Shown: positions 50,927-64,000 of the stretch, piece by piece
Layout: every line of letters begins with the position of its first letter
How positions within the stretch are numbered: position 1 is the stretch's first letter
Assembly (NCBI GenBank): GCA_037447605.1
Contig: CM074805.1
Coordinates: forward strand, 4,001,361-4,065,360
Direction of reading: 5' to 3'
Length of the DNA: 64,000 nt
Source of the DNA: Zygnema circumcarinatum SAG 698-1b
Taxonomy: Eukaryota > Plantae > Zygnematophyceae
Program-made: the position numbers and the translations under genes
Notes under the pieces: generated by a model
What the model was told of the DNA's origin: nothing
The model's database searches: none
The model's input: the letters and a program-made list of their open reading frames with translations, nothing else

Positions 50927-52924
50927 GAGACCTCAACAAAGTTTGGCGCGCAGTGGAAAACGTGTCCGGCGAAACCAGCAGCTTCTGGTGCAAGGTCGAG
51001 CAATAAAAGGATTGTGCTTCTCACAAGCACCTTGCAGGTCACCTATTGGAGCACAAGTCTGGGGGGAACCATCCTATTTTCACCCATTTCATATCGCGGA
51101 ACACAATCACGCAATCAGGCATGGGCTTCGAAGTTTGCTCTCCCAGCAATCTGCACTTCATCTGCATTCCTCCAATATTCCGCGGGTGAGGTGTGAGAGC
51201 TGGTCTCATATCAGCAGCAAGACTCGATGTATGACGAGGCACAGGGATGGAGCATGCTCAGTGAGTTTGCTGCTTTGAGGAGTCCGTGCTCAGCCGGACA
51301 CAGCTACTGTCCGGCCATCCTCCTCCGGCATCTGTCCGACAAGTGGAGAAAAATGCCTCTCTGCGCTATTTTATGTTGTCTGTGAAACTTATTGCTCTGG
51401 GCTATAGAATGTGTTCTGCCGAAGGGAACATAAGTACATTAGGGGAGTAGAGGCCTTTTGCATGGCAGGCCGGGATTGAACCAGTGGCACTGAAGCTTCG
51501 CATCTTCTGTGCAAGCTGTATACTATCGTCTAGCAAGTACTTCTTTGACGTAGTTTTTGGTTTCATCCCTTTTCCAGCTTGTTTGCGCTTATTATTTTCT
51601 TTTTTACCTTTCTTTCTTACTTTGTATCTACGGAATCTTCACTGCATGGTGTGTCGCACCACGTCTGCACATCCTGTACTGTATGTCTTTGCCACGCAGG
51701 GAGTTACTGTTCCAGTTCCAGTTCATGTAGAAGTGGTCAACAAAAACAAGACGAACTGAACTGAACTGCGGAGTGTCATATGCTCTTATGTCAGGGCAAA
51801 CACGAGTCTGGTTTGAAGAAGGTGGAGAGACCCATCCGAGGCAGGTTTCAACAGTCCTAAAAATCAGGAAGAGCTGATGGCGGTACTGTAACATGCAATG
51901 CCCTTTCTGGTCAACGAATTCACAGTAAGGCGGACAGGCAAGGGCATATGACCGGGTTCATTACCATCCAGACCAAGGATGCCATGCTCGTCCAACGACC
52001 CATTCTGCAGCCGGAGCCACATGCTTTGACGCGCTTATGTACTAACAGATTCAATTCTACAAAAAAAAGAGGAGCTCAGACAAGTGCTGAGGCAGGTGGA
52101 CCAGTCGGGGCCTTCCCAGTTTCACAATTGGAGTTGTCCACGCCGTCAACTTGAAGATAGACACTTGAAACCTGCCTATCATTGGCTCGGCATGACTTTT
52201 TCAAAGCCAGAGAGTGCCAGCCAAACCACCTCTTCCGACCGCAAAGCCTAATATTGACTCCAGAGAGGGACATTCATGTGCCCCTGCATTTGACTGAGGG
52301 GCAAATGCCAGTATATGGTCACAACCTGTCCGCAACTTGTAGACCCAAAAACGTGGACGAGAAGAGAGACAAAAGGAGAGAGGAGACCTAACGCTCAATG
52401 ACAGGTCGGCCCTAATCACTTTAGAAGCCAATCAACGCAGACATTTCCTCTGTGACCTCTGCAGGGCCGACTGTACAACGAATTGGATTCACTAAATGTC
52501 AATTAAAATTCGGAAAATCAACACATCCAGCACCTAAAGGGTTCTGCGTTCTCAGTTTTAAGTGTCCCAAGCTGCCAGCTGCAAAAGAGATCCTTCTGAA
52601 TCATCAAAACCTCAATCATATTTAGGGAAGTTGGCTTCGAAGCCGCCATACATACTCCTCGTCCTGACAATCAGTGCTTGGTATTCGCCCCTTTTCCATG
52701 CGCCACTGCTGCAGGATTATGCACGAGGAGGCCTTTGGTTGACATAGGGCTGCACGCAGGAAACACATACCAGAAAACAATAAGCTTACTATCACCATAG
52801 CGTTGTTGACTCACATAAACAGGTAAGGTAAAGGTAAAAACAGAGGAGGTAGCAGTGAGAGTGAGAACCCAAAGAAGACCATCCAAAGACTCCTGCAGAC
52901 CTTAAAATCAACCACTCCCCATCC

Positions 52925-58177
<5,253 letters not shown>

Positions 58178-58379
58178 CGCGAGGCGAGCCCACTCGAGGA
58201 GAGCCGCGGGAGCAGGAAGGGAGGAAAGGAGAAGAGAGGGAGGGAGGGTGGGAAGGAGGGAGAGAGGGAGAGAGGGAGGGAGGGAGAGAGGGGAGGGGAG
58301 GGGAGGGAGGGAAGGAGGGCGAGGGAGACAGGGAGAGAGGGAGGGAGAGAGGGAGGGAGGGTCGTCGGCGCTGACCGGA

Positions 58380-60400
58380 AGGTACTACTCCATCGCCGTA
58401 CGGTACGGCGCCAGGTCCGCCTTGCGCTGGATATGTACGGTTTGACCACCTCTGGTCAAATGGGTGGGGCTGCCGTACGGTACGGCTGGCCCTACGGACT
58501 TCCGGGGCGGGCTGGCAGCTTTCGGGCAAAGGGAGGGAGGGAACATTTTCTCCGGGCAGCGGGCGGACCCCGCTGGAAATAAAAATCAATTTTATCGAGG
58601 GACAAAGTGGCGTCAGCAACCGCAGTTGACGTCAATAATTCGTTCCTGCGAACCAACGGGTTTTGTCTTTTTTTCTTTTTGTCCGTGAGCAGTCATGATG
58701 ATGTGAAGCGCCGTTGTCGTATGCGCGTGAACGCCCCTTATTGAGGCGCCGTAAAGCGCCCGTTTTTCTCGCGTGGCGCTTCCGAAGCGGCCGCGCGAGT
58801 TTTGTGTCCTGACGCAAAAGGACAACCATACCGTACGGTACCAAGCGCCGCCGACAGGTGCCAGCGCCCGAAAACGTTACGTCGTCCAGCTGGAAAAATT
58901 ACTCCCTCCAGATCGTCACTTTTTCCCTGCCCGTTATCGTACGGACGTCAGTACGGCCCGAATCTGTCCGTATGGCTCCGGGCGGCGGCGAGCGCCGCGT
59001 CCTCCGCCTCCAGCAGGCGCCACGTCGCGCTCGGCCTCGGGCCGTCCGCGGAAGTTCTTTGACCGCGCCAGCTCACCGCCCCGCTTTGGCTTGGGCGGTT
59101 TTTGGATTTATCTGCCGTCACCGTACGGCGATCCACGCACATGCGCCGCCGCCTGCCGCCGGGGCCGATCGCTAACCGCCGGCGGCGGGCGGGCGTGCCG
59201 CCCGGGGATGGGCCCGGTCCCCACGCGGCCGTACGGCGGGCTGGCGGGCGGGCGCGCGGGTCGCTGACCGGTCCCGCGAATTTCAGGCGGGCGGGCGGGC
59301 AAGTGGGCGTCAACTCCCCGCGGGCGGGGCCGGTCGGTTTCAACGCCGCGCGCGGCCGCTGGCGGCGTTACCTCGCACGAGCGGGAGGGTGGGCGGGCGG
59401 CGCCTGTCAGCGCGCAAGCCGCCAATCGCGACTGGGGCCGCGTCGCGAGTCGCGACAACAGACCTGACCCGCTTGCACGCGCGTCACGCCAGCCACGTGG
59501 CGCGAGCACATTCGCCGTCCGGGCAGGCGGGCGTGGAAGGCACAGCTCACGCCGGACCCGAGGCAGCGACGGCCCGCCCGCCCGCCCGCCCGGCGGGTCG
59601 GAGCATCAGCAGCTGGAGATGAACGCAGTTCCATGCCGGCGGTAACACGACGGCGCAACGCGGCGGAGGGGCCCCTCCGACCCTCCGCGTGAGGACAGTT
59701 GGCAGTTGAATTGTTGTGGCGCCTGCCGCTGTGTCTGGCTGGCTGTCTGTCGGAACTGGGGCGGGGGCGTTGTCGCTTTGTCATGTGTCAACTGCGTTCA
59801 ACTGCGTTTGAATGAGGGAGGAGAACCGTGCAGGAGTTGGAAACTGGCGGGGGAGAGTGATTTCAACCGAACTGGCATTCAACTCGCTGCAACCACTGGG
59901 ATAAAAACCGCCCACACGAGCCAGTCGGATGGATGCCGGAGGAGCGCAATAACTTCAATAAGGATAGGGCACGCCACATAAAACGTCGAACAACGAATCT
60001 TCCAGGGCGGGGCTCCACGAGCGGGTCCAGCCCGCGCCACGTCGGATGGCGCGTTGGCGTGCTCAGAAACCTGCGGGTTCCGCGAACTTGCGAAACCACG
60101 ATTGCTTTTGCCAGTGGGATCGCCGCCCCTTCGCTGTGTCCGCGAGCGGCGGTCGCGGCGCGCCGTTGGCTGCGAGCGAGCCGGCGGGCGCGGCAGCCAC
60201 GTGGCGCCGCGCGGTTGGACAGCACCTGGTTTCCGGTCAACGTTCGGATCGTCGAAGAGTGTTGCGGGAGAGTTTCGGGAACAGCTCTGACGTGGCAGCC
60301 ACGTTGACGCCACGTCGGCACAACGGGCCCCAAATGGACCCTGGGAACGCGGCGCACACTATGGCCAGACGTTGACGCGGGCGGACTCGTGTGTGTGTCG
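58380..60400. promoter_or_regulatory. About 2-kb GC/CpG-rich island upstream of WRKY, in the divergent WRKY-AUG4 intergenic region
   Basis: CCGTACGG at 58396, 58473, 58831, 59121 and 59229; inverted W-boxes at 58441-58460; TGACGTCA at 58627; several CACGTG boxes. Confidence 0.55.
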
Positions 60401-60431
60401 GTAATCGGTATTCAGTTAGAAGAGAAGTGGA

Positions 60432-60566
60432 GATGATGCCATGAAATGTACATGCACAAAATCATCATGGGAAACCACGACCATGGAACTGGTCGCACAG
60501 GACCTAAGCACAAAAGAAAAAATCTAGGAGCGGAAAGCTATGTCTAGGCTCAAGAACGTTTCAAGC
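60432..60566 (-). repeat. Dispersed repeat family copy 3 (reverse orientation)
   Basis: Its reverse complement aligns by eye along 43542-43675 (CGTTCTTGAGCCTAG, TAGCTTTCCGCTCC, TTTTTTCTTTTG, GGTCCT, CGTGGTT, TGGCATCATC). Confidence 0.85.
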
Positions 60567-60774
60567 CCTCTCTCGAAGCAGCCGCGAAGGTCGCCGATGT
60601 GCGGCACATCGCACATCACATCGCGCGGAGGGAGGGAGGGAGGGACACCACGGACCTCAAGGTCAAATTGGATAAGTTTCAGTATTTACCCCCTTGTTTT
60701 ATTCGGGTACGGAGGGACCCGAAGTTCGAGAGGTTACAACGTCCCTCGTCTCCAGATATAAAAATTTAATTTTC

Positions 60775-61100
60775 CAACCGTTCCCGCACGCGAAATTACA
60801 TGTTCAAAGTTGAACCACGTCAGCAAAGTTGAATGAAGTTGAACATGGAAACGGGAGCGTCTAACATGAATTATGTATGGATTGGAGTACCCCTCACGCC
60901 GATTACGTCACTATGTCGTTAGATGACGCCACAAAGCAGAAAAGTAGAAATTGCAAGGACTCGCTCCAGGACTTCACGGAGGCGTAACAGCCATTATTGG
61001 TTGAATGGTTTTGGATTGACCAACCGTTGGTTCGCAATTCGCCCAATGGTTGGAACCATTAGAGTCAATGGCTAATCCGCCAACCATTGTTAACGGTTGT
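60775..61100. promoter_or_regulatory. Cluster of MSA-like AACGG elements upstream of AUG4
   Basis: CAACCGTT near 60775, CAACCGTTGG at 61021-61030 and TTAACGGTTG at 61090-61099, plus near-matches CAATGGTTGG and CCAACCATTG. Confidence 0.55.
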
Positions 61101-61390
61101 TTTTTTGAACCAAACACTGGTTGGTGCCCATCCTTGCACAGTACAGTATAGCGTTCCTCGAACAGTTTGGGTAACTGATTGACCACTTGACTTCCTTGAG
61201 AACGCTAAAGATGCCACTTCTGACAGTTTCCATGTTGAATACTGCGCTGAATACAGCTGCAGTTGGGCGTTGAACTGCGCGGGAATCTATTTGACATGGA
61301 AGCGCGCCCTTTTTGGCAGCCATGGCGGATTGCAGGCTGCCTCTCCTGTTCGGCGCTGCGCGGGGAAGAAGCTCTTGAAGCTGCGACGCC

Positions 61391-64000
61391 ATGGCAGCTG
61401 AGCACATTTCGTCCAGTATGGAAATGTCGGAACGCGAGGCATGTGCTCTTTCTCTTTTCTGAATCGTGTTGTCTGAGATTTGATAGCCAACCGTTTTCTT
61501 CCTCCTGATCCGTCTTTGAGTCTCGAGAGCTCTTATTCACCGTGGAGCTTAAGCATGGCACGATTGTTCCTTTCAAAAACCATGTCGAAGTTTGTTAAGC
61601 ATAGCTTAGTGCAAAGGAGTGCGTGAGAGTTTCACAGGATGCTGAGAGTTGGCAGGATGACAGTCGAGCATCCGGAGCAAGCACAGAGCAGAGCACGAGG
61701 AAGGAGCGGGGCAGTCTTTGCAAGACGCGTCGCAACTTATTGGATCATGGTTTGCGAGTGCAGGCTCAGCATCGGTTTTCTGTCAGCCGTCGTGCCTACT
61801 ATCAAGCAATGGTGCGCTGTTTCTTTCCAAGTTTGTTTGTTTTTGAGTCTCAACTTTGCTGCTGTTTATTTATCTTAACCTCATTGTCACTCAATCCTTT
61901 CAAATGGATGTCTTTCTTATCTCGCATGTTCAAGGGAGGCCATTTGTTGGTAGAAAGTAAGCATTCTGCGCGTTGCCAGCTGACAATAAGTTAAAAATTA
62001 GCTTCGCACGTTCCTTACAGGTTGAAGCAATGGAGGGAAAAGAGAAGTACTAAGCAAGGAATGATGTAGTATACTCTGTAGCCTATGTTGCAGATTGTTC
62101 TAATGAGTATCTTGTGGATATATCACAAAACTAGTTTATCAAGAATTAGTAAGCTAGCTATCTTTGACTCGTGACGCCTGACCTGGCTCATGCTCTGAGA
62201 GGACGTGACACTTTCTTATTTGATTAGCTTCTGAATGTTGATCATCAGTTGGACTTGTTCGTCGCCCTTAGCTCACTTTAGGCATGCGTCCACTACCATG
62301 AGCAGGCACATGCTTCATATGACTTTTGTGGCATTCTGTTCTTTCTCTACATCCTTCTGAATCGTCCTGTTGCTTGCGTCTGCAGCTGGTGTACAATGAA
62401 GCCTTGGAACTGTTGACGAGCTTCCATCACGCGCGATCAGCTGTCACTGCTGGAACCCCTGAAGACGATGCTTTAAGGCAAGCTGGTCTGCAATGCCGTG
62501 CTGAGGTAAGACCATTTCGTGTACTCTCGGCACTTTTAAAAACACGGAACACCATAGGATTCCGTCGTATAAGTAACTGAGAGCCACATGTTCTTGTGCA
62601 CTTATAGGACATATATTTGTTTAAGGGCAGTAAAATTCGTAAAAGTCTGGCGACAATATTCATATTCATACTAATTTTTTTTTAGGAAATAGGATACAAA
62701 CGTGAGGCTGCAAACTATTAAAAGACTCAGACACAAAAGTAGAGTACACTTGTTTCTGTTAAGTGCACAATCCTATAGATTAGTGTTTGTGGTTTTTACG
62801 GTTTTTTAAATCTGAACATATGTAGGTGAAGGGAGTTCCCAGTTTTCTTCGCTTTATGTACTTTACCAGTTAAACATCTTATCCAGGAAATGGAAAATGT
62901 GCTGCTTTTCCATCTCTATTGTATCAATGTATAAGCTGGGAACTAATTGCAGTAACTCTGCTCCTTTGCAGGATTATGAGGCCTTGGAACACAGTTTGGC
63001 CCTGGCTCAGGCAGTGGAGCGTTTGCAGATACAGTTTCCTCTCAATGCAACAGACAGGGCGCATGAAGAAGGACATGCAAAACTTACAGGCAAAAACCAG
63101 GCGGACAGGAACGGGAATCAAGCAGAGAAGGAAAACGAGCCCTTTGCAGGAACCCATACGCATCTGCTGGGTGTCAAACGAGAAGATATTCAAAAGGGAG
63201 ACAGGTTTGAGGTAGTTTACTCTAATACTATAACCGGTTCCTTCATGGTCTGAATGAGCACTCGCTTTCGTGAGAGAAGGTCATCAGTATTTCAAGTGCT
63301 TCAGCTGAATGATGCTTGACGTTTGACCTTTGAGTGAGCTAGATTTGGACTCCACAAGCTCTAGAAAGCATATGCCCACTTGTTTACAAACAGTATTGCT
63401 TGCGGAACTGGAGGATAAAACGATTTGTCGCGGCGTTCAGGTGAAGAAAGATTATATACCGTCAAAGACAGGGCTTGCGTTGGTCTGATTGAGCTCAGCT
63501 TGTGTTGTTGGGCGATTATATGCGTAGTCTGGAAGCCGACGCGCAGTTTTGAATAAGACACTTGGGATTTTTTTTTTTTTTTTGAGTTTCTCTGAGTGGA
63601 AACATACTTTATTTTAATGCTGTTCCATTTACGTGAAAATTTAGTGCACTATGCAGTCAGGCCTTATGGAAGAGGTGGATGCACGACTGCATGCAAAGCA
63701 TCAGCGGTTGACTGCCATCTTGGAACCGCCCGCAGGTACGGTGACCGTGATTTGAAACTTGAATATGCCATTCCTTCGATTGTCTCACTATATCAGGAAG
63801 TCGCTACTTTTTGGACAGCTTTATCTGATACAGTGACGGTTATTTGGAGGTGTTTCAGATGTCGGAGAGAAAAGTGTTCCTGCTTCATCTCTAGCAGAGA
63901 GGTGAGAGGACTCGTCAATCACATTAATGTCTTGTTGAGCCTTGGGTTGTCAGTGGTTTGCTGCTGGTAGGATTAAGTATTTCTGGATGTGTTACGGACA
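61391..64000 (+). CDS. AUG4: Augmin/HAUS subunit 4, multi-exon, start uncertain (ATG at 61296 or 61391), truncated by the window end
   Basis: SRRAYYQAM|LVYNEALELLTSFHHA, QAGLQCRAE|DYEALEHSLALAQAVERLQI and THLLGVK parallel plant AUG4 blocks (RYLEAMAIYCEAVAMVEEYQQA; VYETLEHRLVVAEAAQKLRL; RFLGIT) from recall. Confidence 0.78.

Noticed and set aside
50610-51278. 222-aa ORF after NNF1 as a separate gene
   Set aside because: No recognisable domain; overlaps the likely last NNF1 exon and 3' UTR.
58400-60400. Dense stack of 100-230 aa ORFs in all frames
   Set aside because: Artefact of very high GC content; no domain signatures.

Overview
Eukaryotic, intron-rich, gene-dense nuclear DNA from a streptophyte green plant. 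A streptophyte alga is my inference from gene content, intron style and GC-rich intergenic islands; the sequence alone cannot fix the taxon. About ten spliced genes can be assembled by hand: a PDV-like plastid-division gene (+), PSRP1/HPF (-), CCB2 (+), GSA aminomutase (+), a DUF3475/DUF668 PSI-like gene (-), an SDN-like DEDDh exonuclease (-), PPD5 (+), an NNF1/PMF1-like kinetochore gene (+), a group IIb WRKY (-) and augmin AUG4 (+, runs off the window end). A nested transposon cluster lies at about 39-43.8 kb (Ty3/gypsy gag-protease-RT start, a CRE/SLACS-like non-LTR tail, a Tc1/mariner MITE, a GGGGG-ended MITE and a fold-back repeat). A 1576-bp exact duplication flanks an N gap and is probably an assembly artefact. 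Four 10-N gaps are present. The most notable observations are a PDV gene mixing PDV2-like and PDV1-like traits, CCGTACGG/GTAC-rich intergenic islands, a TTAGGG array in front of CCB2, and MSA elements upstream of both mitotic genes. Gene names come from my recall of family motifs, not database searches, and exon boundaries are manual predictions.
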